IMG/VR virus record: IMGVR_UViG_3300022401_000010
Origin: a virus
Length of the DNA stretch: 37,553 nucleotides
Strand: one strand, 5' to 3'
The notes under the pieces: model-generated
The model's input: the letters and a program-made list of their open reading frames with translations, nothing else
Database searches by the model: none
Told to the model about the DNA's origin: nothing
Program-made: the position numbers and the translations under genes
In this document: positions 1 to 9,532 of the stretch, piece by piece
How the letters are laid out: each line of letters opens with the position of its first letter
How positions within the stretch are numbered: the stretch's first letter is position 1

Positions 1-174
1 TTCTAATATATTTTTTCAAGAATTTTGTTTTATTCTAAACAAACAATCTAAAAGACGATTTTTCCAGTTAAAACATTCAATTCTTGATATTGAGTCTATA
101 AACTGATATTTATATACCTATTGATTTCTTACCGATTAATCTAAAAAATAATTCATGTTGAGTTAACTTTGAAT

Positions 175-293
175 TTTATAACACTATCTTTGCCATTGAT
201 AAAATTCCGACAATACTATAATTAAAATTTATCGTTCATATATATCAAGGTCCCAAATCAGAATTCAAATCTAAAAACCTTGCCGTTAAAGTG
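175..293 (+). repeat. Degenerate copy of a ~110-bp dispersed intergenic element (other copies 30718-30822, 35737-35850)
   Basis: TTCATATATATCA followed ~30 bp later by AAAACCTTGCCGTTAA, as in the other copies; 5' part is diverged. Confidence 0.55.
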
Positions 294-507
294 AAACTCA
301 ACCAATTAAAATAAAAATTAAAAAGTAGCTATTGATTATATCAACATTAACATCCAGTATTCTCACAGGTAGACAGCTATTGAAAATTTATTATTGTCAT
401 TTAGTTCGGTTTAGTTGTCAGATTATTTACACTTATTAACAAGAAATGCATTCATTGCAAAAGGGTACTCTTAGGAGATGCATGATCCAAATGTGTTAGT
501 GTTAAAG

Positions 508-789
508 TTATTCCTGGTTTAATTCTTCAAAGATTTGTTTTCCAAGATCAGTCAGCTTATACAATCTTCCAGTCTTATCATCCTCATTAATACAGAAGAT
601 AATGCCTTGACTTTTCAAATCAGATAATAATGCAGAAACTAAACTAAATCTTGCATTCATTATCTCAACAATCTCTGAAGGAGTTTTACGTGATGTTGCG
701 AGGATATTGATTATTTCTTCTCGGTTTTTACTGCGTTTGACATATGCATATGCAGCATCATATGTCCTGGTATCCTTCTCATCTGACAT
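508..789 (-). CDS. Winged-helix transcriptional regulator (MarR/ArsR-like), paralogue of 21114..21395
   Basis: TPSEI...VSALLSDLK helix-turn-helix and GRLYKLTDLG wing. Confidence 0.8.
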   Translation of the reverse strand: MSDEKDTRTYDAAYAYVKRSKNREEIINILATSRKTPSEIVEIMNARFSLVSALLSDLKSQGIIFCINEDDKTGRLYKLTDLGKQIFEELNQE

Positions 790-1117
790 ATAATTCTATA
801 TTAATTATGGATTTAATATTATGATATTTCAGATTATTTTCTATTCTATTATTATTCTATTAAGTACAAACAAATTATTTATATTTATATACAAGATTGG
901 ATATTTCTTTAAAATGTAAAATATTTCATATAACTTATTATTTAGACTAAAGTTAAGTTTAAAATTAATATAAGTTAGTTTTACAAGTGAGAAATAATTT
1001 ATTTATACATTGTGTTAAAATAAAGAATAAATGAAAACGCAAATAGTATACCTTTTTATAGAATAAAGATAATAAAATAATATAATTATTGTATACAGTA
1101 CAAAAGGAATAAATATT

Positions 1118-1309
1118 ATGGCAAATGTAAATAATACATCATCCTATATGGATGCAGATAAAAAGGAAATAATCAAAAAATCAAATTATACATACCGTGA
1201 TGCTCTTGAAGTATCCGCATATCTTATAGAAAAAGGAAAGTTCGAAAGATTCTATAAGGAAATGCAAATTGATAATTTAAAAAAAGAATTAGAAGAATTA
1301 GACGATTAA
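1118..1309 (+). CDS. Small putative ribbon-helix-helix DNA-binding protein with coiled-coil tail
   Basis: TSSYMD-ADKKEIIKK-SNYTYRDALEVSAYLI resembles a strand-helix-helix pattern; similar to 1545 and 5318 products; AAGGA upstream. Confidence 0.55.
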   Translation: MANVNNTSSYMDADKKEIIKKSNYTYRDALEVSAYLIEKGKFERFYKEMQIDNLKKELEELDD

Positions 1310-1544
1310 ACATTTATAGGTTGCGAACTGCACAAGATTTATGAGACTTATGCAGTTCTAATTATGACCTATGTTAATAATACCTTTACACCACTATCTC
1401 TTTAATTCATCATTTAAAAATATATCCCAAAACTACTTTTTTTAACCTTCCAAAATTATTATTTATTACTTTTAAATTTGATAAATTTCTATGGTTTGAA
1501 TATTATGTAATGTATTATATACAAGTAATATATAAACTATCATT

Positions 1545-1793
1545 ATGTTAGGTAATAAATCTACAATCAGTGCAAGAGTGTCTAACACTCTCAAAGAAGT
1601 GGTAGTTGATTCTGAGTATTCTCACAAAGAGGCATATGAACTTGGAGCTGGTCTAATAGCAGTTAACAAGGCAGAAGAAACCAAAACTGAATTAGAACAT
1701 GACCCAACATATGAAAAAGCAATCAGAGAGAAAAAGACAAAACTACTTAAAGACGAGAAAAAGAAACTGGAAAAAGAATTGAGAGATCTATAG
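1545..1793 (+). CDS. Small putative ribbon-helix-helix DNA-binding protein with coiled-coil tail
   Basis: STISARVSNTLKEVVVDSEYSHKEAYELGAGLI fits the CopG/Arc-like pattern. Confidence 0.6.
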   Translation: MLGNKSTISARVSNTLKEVVVDSEYSHKEAYELGAGLIAVNKAEETKTELEHDPTYEKAIREKKTKLLKDEKKKLEKELRDL

Positions 1794-1803
1794 GAGGAAT
1801 CCT

Positions 1804-2613
1804 GTGGGTCAGAAGAATTCAGACGTGATATACTTTTTAGAACAGCACAAGCAAGAAATAATTAACAATTGCAAAAAAGGAATGAGTAACAATGACGTAC
1901 GTGAATTATTGAAAACCAAATACGGAAGAGATGTAGCAGATAATACCTATAGAAAATTCAAGGCAACGCTAAAACTAAACAAGAATGATTTCCTGGAAAC
2001 CTTACTGGATGAAATCATTACCATGAAAACGGCTGGGGCCACAGATGAAAACGTTCGAAGGTGGTTAGCTGACGAACACTTATTTGAAGTTAGTCGAGCT
2101 TCATTTTCACGGTTCAAAAAGAAATACCAATTAAGGGATAAGGACAAAGACCCCAGAGCCCAAGACAAAGAAACATTAACTAATCGAGCAATATCACAAG
2201 GCCAACTACTAGACAATGACATCCACACCGATAATATAGATACAGCTATTGATACAATACTACAGCAACAGGTAACTGATATTAAAACCGGCCTTAACAA
2301 TCTTGACAAGATAACCAAGAATGCAGTGAATATTGAAATTGATTTTGCAAAGCTTGATCAGGAAATACGATTTAATGCTAATGAAAAAAGCTTAGCTAGA
2401 TATTTACTGGATTTGGCTGAATTGAAAATTCGTTATTTAGAATTATCTGTTAAAGCATTTGATGCGAAAAATAAACTATTTAAAGATGAGATGGACAGAC
2501 TCTTTAAAAACAGAGTCCTTGAGCTAGAAGATAAGAAAATTGAAATCTCACAAAAAGATTTGATGAATGAAATTGAAGTCCTTGCAAAGCAAATAGATGA
2601 TAATAATGTATGA
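1804..2613 (+). CDS. Putative terminase small subunit (two tandem HTH-like repeats plus helical oligomerisation region)
   Basis: Directly upstream of and overlapping terL; GGAGG upstream of GTG start; two ~45-aa repeats (KGMSNNDVRELL..VADNTYRKFK / AGATDENVRRWL..VSRASFSRFK). Confidence 0.6.
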   Translation: MGQKNSDVIYFLEQHKQEIINNCKKGMSNNDVRELLKTKYGRDVADNTYRKFKATLKLNKNDFLETLLDEIITMKTAGATDENVRRWLADEHLFEVSRASFSRFKKKYQLRDKDKDPRAQDKETLTNRAISQGQLLDNDIHTDNIDTAIDTILQQQVTDIKTGLNNLDKITKNAVNIEIDFAKLDQEIRFNANEKSLARYLLDLAELKIRYLELSVKAFDAKNKLFKDEMDRLFKNRVLELEDKKIEISQKDLMNEIEVLAKQIDDNNV

Positions 2614-4015
2614 TGAAAACAACCGATTCTATTTAGATGCAAGAGATAAAGCTATTCTTCAGAAATGTGTATATGAGAATCCATATATACCATTCAAACC
2701 ATTCATCAAACAAACTGAGATGATTCTAGCTACTGAAAAAGAAGTATTGATTGGTGGTGCTGCCGGAGGCAGTAAATCCACCAGCTTACTTATGAGAGCC
2801 TTATTTTATGTACAAGACGATTGCAATGAATATCATGCACTAATTTTAAGAAGAACATTATCCGATTTAAAAAGGAAAGGTGCTTTAATCCATAAGGCCA
2901 GTCAATGGCTTAACAGGAAAGAAATTCAAAGAGACCCAGCTATTAGGGTTAAGTGGGATGGTACTGAACATTCATGGACTTTTCCAAACGGCAATTCATT
3001 AACATTCGGATATTTGCGTAACATTAACGACCTCGATACTTATCAAGGTTCTGAATATCAATTCATTGGTATTGATGAGTTAACACAACTGGAGCGCTTT
3101 AAATATATCTATATGCGTTCACGTGTCAGGAAAACTAAAGACAATAAACTTCCAACTCAACTGATGGCTTCAAGTAATCCTGGTAAGCGTGGTAACAAGT
3201 GGGTGCGCGAAAGATTTATTGAAAAGATAGATGAGGACATCCAAGACAAAGACCAGATAAGATTCATATCCTCCAGTTATGTGGATAATATCTATTTAGA
3301 CCGTAAGGACTATGAAGAATATCTTATGGGATTGGATAGGGTGACACGGGAACAGTTAATGAATGGTAACTGGTATGCTACCGTTAAAGGTGAGCTATTT
3401 GATGAATCGGATTTCCACTTGATCTCTCACGATGAGTATATGAAAATTCCGATCATTAGTGTTATCAGGTATTGGGATCTTGCAGCTACTGAAGTCATAA
3501 GTGACAGCACCAGGAGAAATGATGATCCGGATTTCACCGCAGGTGTCATGCTGGCAAAAGACTTGAACGGCAATATCTATATTCTTGATTCATACGAGTT
3601 TCAATTGGAATCACGGAACTTAATTAATGAGATTATCAATACTGCTGCACGTGATAAAGCGGACACTCAATATATAGAACTTGACGGAAGTACAGGTAAA
3701 AACTTCGGCCTGTTAATCATTGATGAATTAAACAGACGTGGATTCAATACTGGTACTGGTAACTCCCGTGAGAATAAAGTTGACAGGGCCAGAAGAGTGT
3801 CAGCTGATATTCAGCTCAATGGAATATATCTGGTTGGAAAGGATAGAACAGGGTTTACTAAAAAATGGGCTATGGAATTTTTGGAAAAAATAACTGCATA
3901 TCCTAATGAATCAATACATGACGATTGTGTTGTTGCCTTTACTGGAGCATATGAAAAACTGGCTTCACAAAACCAACCTAAAAGAGTTGATGTCGATAAA
4001 TGGTATTCCACTTGA
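2606..4015 (+). CDS. terL: Terminase large subunit
   Basis: Walker A GGAAGGSKS, Walker B FIGIDE, coupling motif SSNPG, nuclease motifs RYWDLAA and HDD. ATG at 2606 preferred over the track start 2597. Confidence 0.95.
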   Translation: MYDENNRFYLDARDKAILQKCVYENPYIPFKPFIKQTEMILATEKEVLIGGAAGGSKSTSLLMRALFYVQDDCNEYHALILRRTLSDLKRKGALIHKASQWLNRKEIQRDPAIRVKWDGTEHSWTFPNGNSLTFGYLRNINDLDTYQGSEYQFIGIDELTQLERFKYIYMRSRVRKTKDNKLPTQLMASSNPGKRGNKWVRERFIEKIDEDIQDKDQIRFISSSYVDNIYLDRKDYEEYLMGLDRVTREQLMNGNWYATVKGELFDESDFHLISHDEYMKIPIISVIRYWDLAATEVISDSTRRNDDPDFTAGVMLAKDLNGNIYILDSYEFQLESRNLINEIINTAARDKADTQYIELDGSTGKNFGLLIIDELNRRGFNTGTGNSRENKVDRARRVSADIQLNGIYLVGKDRTGFTKKWAMEFLEKITAYPNESIHDDCVVAFTGAYEKLASQNQPKRVDVDKWYST

Positions 4016-4090
4016 ATAGCTATCGTTAATGTGAATATTGAACGTTAATGTTAATATTTGGACTTTATCATGGAGTTGATGTACATGAGC

Positions 4091-4635
4091 ATGGACATAT
4101 TATGGACTGGTCTATGGACTAACCATGGACTACCTTGTGGACTTGATGGACTATACTATGGACTGTTAATGGACTACTTTATGGACTAACTATGGACTAT
4201 TATATGGACTGTTTATGGACTAATCAATGGACAAAGTATGGACTAACCTATGGACTGTTTATGGACTAAGTTATGGATGGACTTAAAGTTGGACTACAAA
4301 TGGACTTATGGATGGACGGATGGACATGTGGACATAACCAAATCAGGTATACCCCCCAAGTGAATTTAATCCAAGCCCAAATTGAGCTTCTTTTTTTAGG
4401 GTGTCCATAGCTATGGACTAACTATGGACTATGTTATGGACTGTTTATGGACTAGACTATGGACTACTTTTTTCATATTTTGTGAAAAATTATTGCCTGC
4501 GAATCTAGTCAAGCGAATATAACATTGTTATCTTTCCAAAATCTACGCAATTTTCAGGGGGTACACATTTTTTTGGGTAGTCCATATGGACGGATGGATG
4601 GACTACAGTCCATTTTATGGACTAGGTTATGGACT
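4091..4635 (+). repeat. Non-coding array of ~31 direct (A/G/T)TGGAC(T) repeats with alternating 11/12-bp spacing, in three blocks, plus three inverted copies
   Basis: Counted by eye: about 22 copies 4091-4333, 5 copies 4413-4464, 4 copies 4586-4634; inverted GTCCAT at 4403, 4580, 4608. Confidence 0.95.
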
Positions 4636-4878
4636 GTTTACCGTGCAACAGTTCACTCTGTCGCGCAAAAATTCATCCCGCGAAAAAATCGATATAATAA
4701 TTTTTTTGCAATTTTACAATTGTAAAATTCTAACAGCAATACAATTTATTATTATACATAAATAATAAAATAATATAATATAATACAAATAAAATAAAAA
4801 AATAAGTTTATATTTTGCTATCATTTTATATAGTAGTAATTCTAAAAATTAATTTATATATTGGAGTGAGTGATAATC

Positions 4879-5037
4879 ATGCCAAATACTAAGCAAAAAT
4901 CATTTAGAATATCTGAAGAGTTAGCAATTGAATTTGAAGTTCATGCTAGAAAAACTCAGACAAAAGAAGTTGATCTTATAACAAGATACATAACAGAGGG
5001 ATTGAAAAGGGATAGTAATCAAACTACATTGGATTAA
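4879..5037 (+). CDS. 52-aa ribbon-helix-helix protein, absent from the ORF track
   Basis: My translation: MPNTKQKSFRISEELAIEFEVHARKTQTKEVDLITRYITEGLKRDSNQTTLD; GGAGTGAG upstream; typical Arc/CopG pattern. Confidence 0.8.
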   Translation: MPNTKQKSFRISEELAIEFEVHARKTQTKEVDLITRYITEGLKRDSNQTTLD

Positions 5038-5077
5038 AATTATTGAAAATGTGTAAAAAAATAGCGATAAGTAGTAA

Positions 5078-5105
5078 TTATGAAATGACGGCAATCATTT
5101 CATAA
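5078..5105 (+). terminator. Perfect 11-bp hairpin after the RHH gene
   Basis: TTATGAAATGA-CGGCAA-TCATTTCATAA. Confidence 0.5.
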
Positions 5106-5317
5106 CACATAAGTTTAAACTTAATTATAATTTTAGAAATTAATTATATTTAAACTTTTATATAAAAAAGTGTATTATATACATAATATTTTTTTCACAT
5201 TTCCAATTCAAGAGTGAGAATGGAAGTGTTATACATGGAAACTGAAACTGACAAGTCTTCCAGTAGAGTGATGGAAGCAAAAAACAATTTAAACAGCTTA
5301 TTATGGAAGTGTTTATA

Positions 5318-5782
5318 ATGGCTGAGAAAAAAGACTTTCATATTTTAGCTGACAGTAAAATGGCATCCAAAGCCAAAGAATTATCTGGTTTAACACACAG
5401 ACAGATTTTTGAGCTAGGTTGTCAAGCTGCTATAGAACAAAACAGGAACATTTTAGATGCTGAGATTTTAGAATTGAATGATGCAATGGATAGGGTTAAT
5501 GAATTAACTGCATCAATTAGATCAAGACTAAAAGATAAAGAGGTTCCAACAAAACCTAGTGATGATGAAAATGATCCTGAAGAATTAAGAAGAAATATTT
5601 TACCATTAGATTTGTTTAAAGAAATGGTATTGTATTATATGGATGATTTTGATATAACTAATTTAGAAGATTTAGGTAGTAAGAATAAAGAAATCTTCAG
5701 ATTCGTTTTAATTAATTTGGCTAACCACGATTTGAATATGGAAGATATAAATAGTTTATATGAGGATATTAACTCTAAATAA
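5318..5782 (+). CDS. RHH-like N-terminus, coiled coil and helical C-terminal domain; hypothetical
   Basis: KKDFHILADSKMASKAKELSGLTHRQIFELG resembles the 1118/1545 products; ATG 5318 preferred over 5303. Confidence 0.6.
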   Translation: MAEKKDFHILADSKMASKAKELSGLTHRQIFELGCQAAIEQNRNILDAEILELNDAMDRVNELTASIRSRLKDKEVPTKPSDDENDPEELRRNILPLDLFKEMVLYYMDDFDITNLEDLGSKNKEIFRFVLINLANHDLNMEDINSLYEDINSK

Positions 5783-5820
5783 CATTTATATCTTCTTTTC
5801 ACCCCACTCTTTTTTTAAAG

Positions 5821-5869
5821 TTGCAACTGTTTTTTCAGGAATTGCAATTAATTGCAACAAAATTGCAAT
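5821..5869. repeat. Mini-array of four TTGCAA palindromes; 32 bp identical to 34273-34304
   Basis: TTGCAA at 5821, 5842, 5852, 5863. Confidence 0.85.
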
Positions 5870-6128
5870 AGGCATTTGGCATGTTAAATTGTTAATGTTA
5901 ATGTAAAAATTCTTTATTATTAATGTAATTGTTTATAATTTTATATTTACTAGAATAATTTATTATTACTAGAATAAATAGTAAATAAAATAGTTATTGT
6001 ATTTCTTTTCCGTGTTAGCGTTATTGTAATTGTTTTTTTATTTTAATTTCATTAACTTTATTATTTTATTTATATAAATAATATAATAATTAATATAATA
6101 AACATATATTTCAACTGTAAAGTTAATT

Positions 6129-7445
6129 ATGGAAATGGTTAAAATGGGAATTACTTCTTTTATAAAAACTAGATTGCTCAATAACAGAGTAGAACAGTAC
6201 AATACTAAGCGTAGCTATTGGGGCGAGGATGAAAGGCAACCTAGAACTGATGGAATCAACACTGGCCTTGACTTGATTGATGCACTTCCTCCTGTAATTA
6301 ACAAGACCATAGCTAATGCAAGATATGCTGTTAAACTTGACGGTTACACTTCAGGAGTTTTGAAAAATAGAATTGATAAAGCTAATGTTAATATAGTTCT
6401 GGTGGATAAGGAAGAAAAACTTTCAGCAGAACAGAAACTAACTCTCATCCTATGGGCACGTAAGATTGACATCTCACAGGTTGCTAAAAATATTCTTCAG
6501 GCTGGAATGGTTGACGGTGAGGGATTGATTAAACCTGTTGAGCGTTGGGACCAGTCAATTGGCAAATACATTAAACCTATCTTTTTAGAAATCGGCGCCA
6601 ATGGTTACGGATTAAAGAAAGAGTTTAATGATGATAATGAGGTGCAGCTATACCTTCATGAAATGCCTAAGGATATTGTTAACGGATCACCTGAAGAGTT
6701 CAACAATTATGTTAGTGTTGAAGAGGGAACATTAACGGTTAAGTATGAACCGGAAGAGGTTATTAACTTCATGTACAATGAGATTTATTGCGAGGCGCAA
6801 AGCATTATCCTCAATTGCCTTGATGATATATACCACAAGTGCAATCTTGAAAGAAATCAAGTAGAAAGGATTAATAAGGATAATATTATTGAAGTAAAGC
6901 CTTCTTTGGATAGTAACGGCCAACCTATTGTTACAGAACTTTCAGCAACTGCAAAAGAAAATCTTTATGCTGATTACGGAACAACTGCTGATTCAAATGT
7001 AGCTATTGTTCCTCCAGGAATTGAAAGTAAAATACTTGGGGGTAACAACTACCAATCTGACTATACAAGACAAACGGAAATCTTTAGAAATAATATTTTA
7101 AGGACTTTTGTTACCCCACAGTCTCAAGCGGGTAATGAGAAATCTAATCAGAACGTGGCAGAGTACATTAACGATTCAGCTATTACAGGGTTTATTGTTA
7201 ATGTGGCCAATGACCAGAAGTGGGTGTTAAAGTATTGTAATGAATTATTAAACAGACAGTTAGAGTTAATGGGCGTTAAAGAAAATCTTAATATCTATTT
7301 TAGCTATTCAAGAGATGATGTTCTCAGATATATTATGGAACTTGATGCTAATGCTGATGAAATCTATGAGAACTATTTAAGCAACTTTGAAGCCGAACAG
7401 CCGGTAGGGGATAGAGTTCTTACAGATAGTGGTGTTGAGATATAA
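6129..7445 (+). CDS. Portal protein
   Basis: 438 aa, between terL and the protease-scaffold gene; portal-like pattern (AVKLDGYTSGVL, VAIVPPGIE, ILRTFVTP). Confidence 0.75.
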   Translation: MEMVKMGITSFIKTRLLNNRVEQYNTKRSYWGEDERQPRTDGINTGLDLIDALPPVINKTIANARYAVKLDGYTSGVLKNRIDKANVNIVLVDKEEKLSAEQKLTLILWARKIDISQVAKNILQAGMVDGEGLIKPVERWDQSIGKYIKPIFLEIGANGYGLKKEFNDDNEVQLYLHEMPKDIVNGSPEEFNNYVSVEEGTLTVKYEPEEVINFMYNEIYCEAQSIILNCLDDIYHKCNLERNQVERINKDNIIEVKPSLDSNGQPIVTELSATAKENLYADYGTTADSNVAIVPPGIESKILGGNNYQSDYTRQTEIFRNNILRTFVTPQSQAGNEKSNQNVAEYINDSAITGFIVNVANDQKWVLKYCNELLNRQLELMGVKENLNIYFSYSRDDVLRYIMELDANADEIYENYLSNFEAEQPVGDRVLTDSGVEI

Positions 7446-7487
7446 TAAATATTTATATAAATAAAATAATAAAAAATATAATAAAGT

Positions 7488-8471
7488 GTGATTATTATGA
7501 AGCATGAACTTTTTGAAGTTGGATCATATGACTATTCTGACTTGGATGAAAGGTTGACCAAACCTGTTGAATGGACTGCTGAAGATCTAAAGCTAATAGC
7601 TGAAAATTACCGTGGCGGAATTCCTTTAACTTCAGAACATGACAATATCTATGTGGGTATTGGAAATAAAATAGAGTATGAAGATGGAAAGCTATTCATT
7701 GAAGTTCCAGATGACCTTGATATGGAAGGTAAAGGCCTATCTCCTAAAGTTGATGTTTTATTGAAAGATAACGGAGATTCATTTGGAATTGATACTATGA
7801 GTTTAATAGATGTCGGTGTTACAAAGCATCCAAGAAAAATTAGATTGTTGAATTCAGATATTACTGGACAGACCGGACAGACTGGAGACCCTGAACCACC
7901 GGCACCTGCTCCGCAGCCACAACCTCAACCTCAGCCACCTGCAAAAGACACTAATGTTGCTACTACCTTATTATTAGAAAAACTTCAGGGCAAGGATGCA
8001 GAGATTGGAAAGCTTCAGGATGAAATTAATAATCTAAAAGAAGAATCTAAAAAATACGATGAAATAAAAAAAGCTATTGAAGAGAATAAGGAATTCATTG
8101 ATTCTAAAGAGGATATCTTAAAAGAATTGTCTGAGCTTAGAAAAGCTGAAAATGAAAGGAAAATAAAAGAGTACGAGGCAAAGTACAATTTTAACTATAA
8201 TGAAAACGCGCAGGATAAAGAAGTTATTGATAAGCTATTATCCGGTGATGTTGATATGGAGCTAATGGAAAAACTTGCTGAGAGAAGAATTAAAATTGAA
8301 GCTAGTAATGATGGCTCCACACCTGGCGGGAGGAATCCCGGAAACTCAGGAGATACTGGTGAGACAGGCTCAACTGGAAGTGACTCTGATGAGGATAAAC
8401 CTTCTTTCACTACTCGTGAAGAGTACAATAAAATTTTAAAAGATATGGGATTCAATAGAACTAGAATCTAG
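7488..8471 (+). CDS. Prohead protease fused to scaffold (Mu gpI-like)
   Basis: N-terminal LTSEH, GLSP and VGVTKHP motifs; Pro/Gln linker; coiled coil; low-complexity acidic tail. Confidence 0.7.
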   Translation: MIIMKHELFEVGSYDYSDLDERLTKPVEWTAEDLKLIAENYRGGIPLTSEHDNIYVGIGNKIEYEDGKLFIEVPDDLDMEGKGLSPKVDVLLKDNGDSFGIDTMSLIDVGVTKHPRKIRLLNSDITGQTGQTGDPEPPAPAPQPQPQPQPPAKDTNVATTLLLEKLQGKDAEIGKLQDEINNLKEESKKYDEIKKAIEENKEFIDSKEDILKELSELRKAENERKIKEYEAKYNFNYNENAQDKEVIDKLLSGDVDMELMEKLAERRIKIEASNDGSTPGGRNPGNSGDTGETGSTGSDSDEDKPSFTTREEYNKILKDMGFNRTRI

Positions 8472-8543
8472 CTATGATAGTGTTTTTAGTTACTTGGACA
8501 CTGGAGCTACATTTTCAATTGAATCACTCTTTAACGAATTGAG

Positions 8544-9070
8544 GGAGAGGTGTTTACTCTTTCTACCTCTCCTATTAAATTTACAGCGATACCTTGCATT
8601 GAAACCCTTAATGCCTAAACTAAGGGGGGACAAGCCCCCCTTTAGATTACCCATGATAGCGCAATGCAAGATAATTTTCATATAATTTCATTTAGACCTC
8701 GAACCGACCGGCAAGGGTCGGTTCTTAAATTTGACATACAAATTATTCCAAATCCATAACCTCGGAACAGGGGACAAGCCCCTGTTCCTTAAACTTTGAC
8801 GTAGCTATTATTGTTAAGTCTATAGTATTGGCCTTTCGCTATCGCTCAAGGCGTCCAGTCCGACCTAAAGGTCGGACGGAACATAAGGATTAAATTCTTG
8901 TTATTAAAAATGTTTTTTCTCCATTATTGAATTACGGAACCGACCGGCGAGGGTCGGTTCCTCCCTATAGTATTGCTCGCCAATTCTATTCACCCCACCT
9001 ATACCACGCCTCCCACTTCGGCCTCCCTTACGGTCGGCCTCGGGTCGGCGTGGTTATGGTGGGGCGAATT
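8544..9070. repeat. Cluster of at least seven GC-rich hairpins (REP-like)
   Basis: GAACCGACC-GGCAAG-GGTCGGTTC (8701-8724), GGAACAGGGG-ACAAG-CCCCTGTTCC (8764-8788), GTCCGACC-TAAA-GGTCGGAC (8858-8877), GGAACCGACC-GGCGAG-GGTCGGTTCC (8936-8961), GGGGGG-ACAAG-CCCCCC (~8624-8640), nested stem ~8990-9065. Confidence 0.8.
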
Positions 9071-9151
9071 GGCTCGCTTAAAACGTGGGTGTGCACAGGT
9101 GAATTGATTCACACCATTAACATTAATATTTTAATTATCAAATATTATATT

Positions 9152-9313
9152 ATGAAAAATCAAGATTTTTTAAAGTTAATAATAATATTAATAATCTTGT
9201 TTATTGTATGGCTATTTTTTTACTTCTTATTTGGCATTTATGTCTCAACAGGAATAGTGGCATTGTTTCTATTTGATCGTTGGATTACACGTTATATTCG
9301 TAATCGATATTAA
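9152..9313 (+). CDS. Small membrane protein (53 aa)
   Basis: MKNQDFLKLIIILIILFIVWLFF... hydrophobic; the track extension to 8927 runs through hairpins and looks spurious. Confidence 0.45.
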   Translation: MKNQDFLKLIIILIILFIVWLFFYFLFGIYVSTGIVALFLFDRWITRYIRNRY

Positions 9314-9532
9314 AAATTCATAACTATTTTCCCCAAGTGATGTAACCTATCAAATAATCAATGTTACTGTTAATTAAAATGAATGTATTGTAATTACTTA
9401 CAATTTAATAATGTATGTATTGCATTAACGGCAAGGTTTCTCAAAATCAATTAACTTTTCAACTATGCATATACATCAACTACTTTTAAAAAACAAGTTT
9501 CAAATAAGAAATGGTGATAGTTGATGTTATAA

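Noticed and set aside
1-106. Possible 3' end of an upstream gene (about 35 open codons from position 2)
   Set aside because: Too short and featureless to support a call.
4091-4635. CRISPR array
   Set aside because: Repeat is 6-8 bp with 4-6 bp linkers, far below CRISPR repeat/spacer sizes; no cas genes.
4525-4725. 66-aa ORF
   Set aside because: Runs through the repeat block, has no RBS and atypical composition.
8490-8685. Two overlapping 63-aa ORFs on opposite strands
   Set aside because: Overlap the hairpin cluster; no motifs or RBS.
8927-9151. N-terminal extension of the 128-aa ORF
   Set aside because: Translates GC-rich hairpins; only the part from ATG 9152 looks protein-like.
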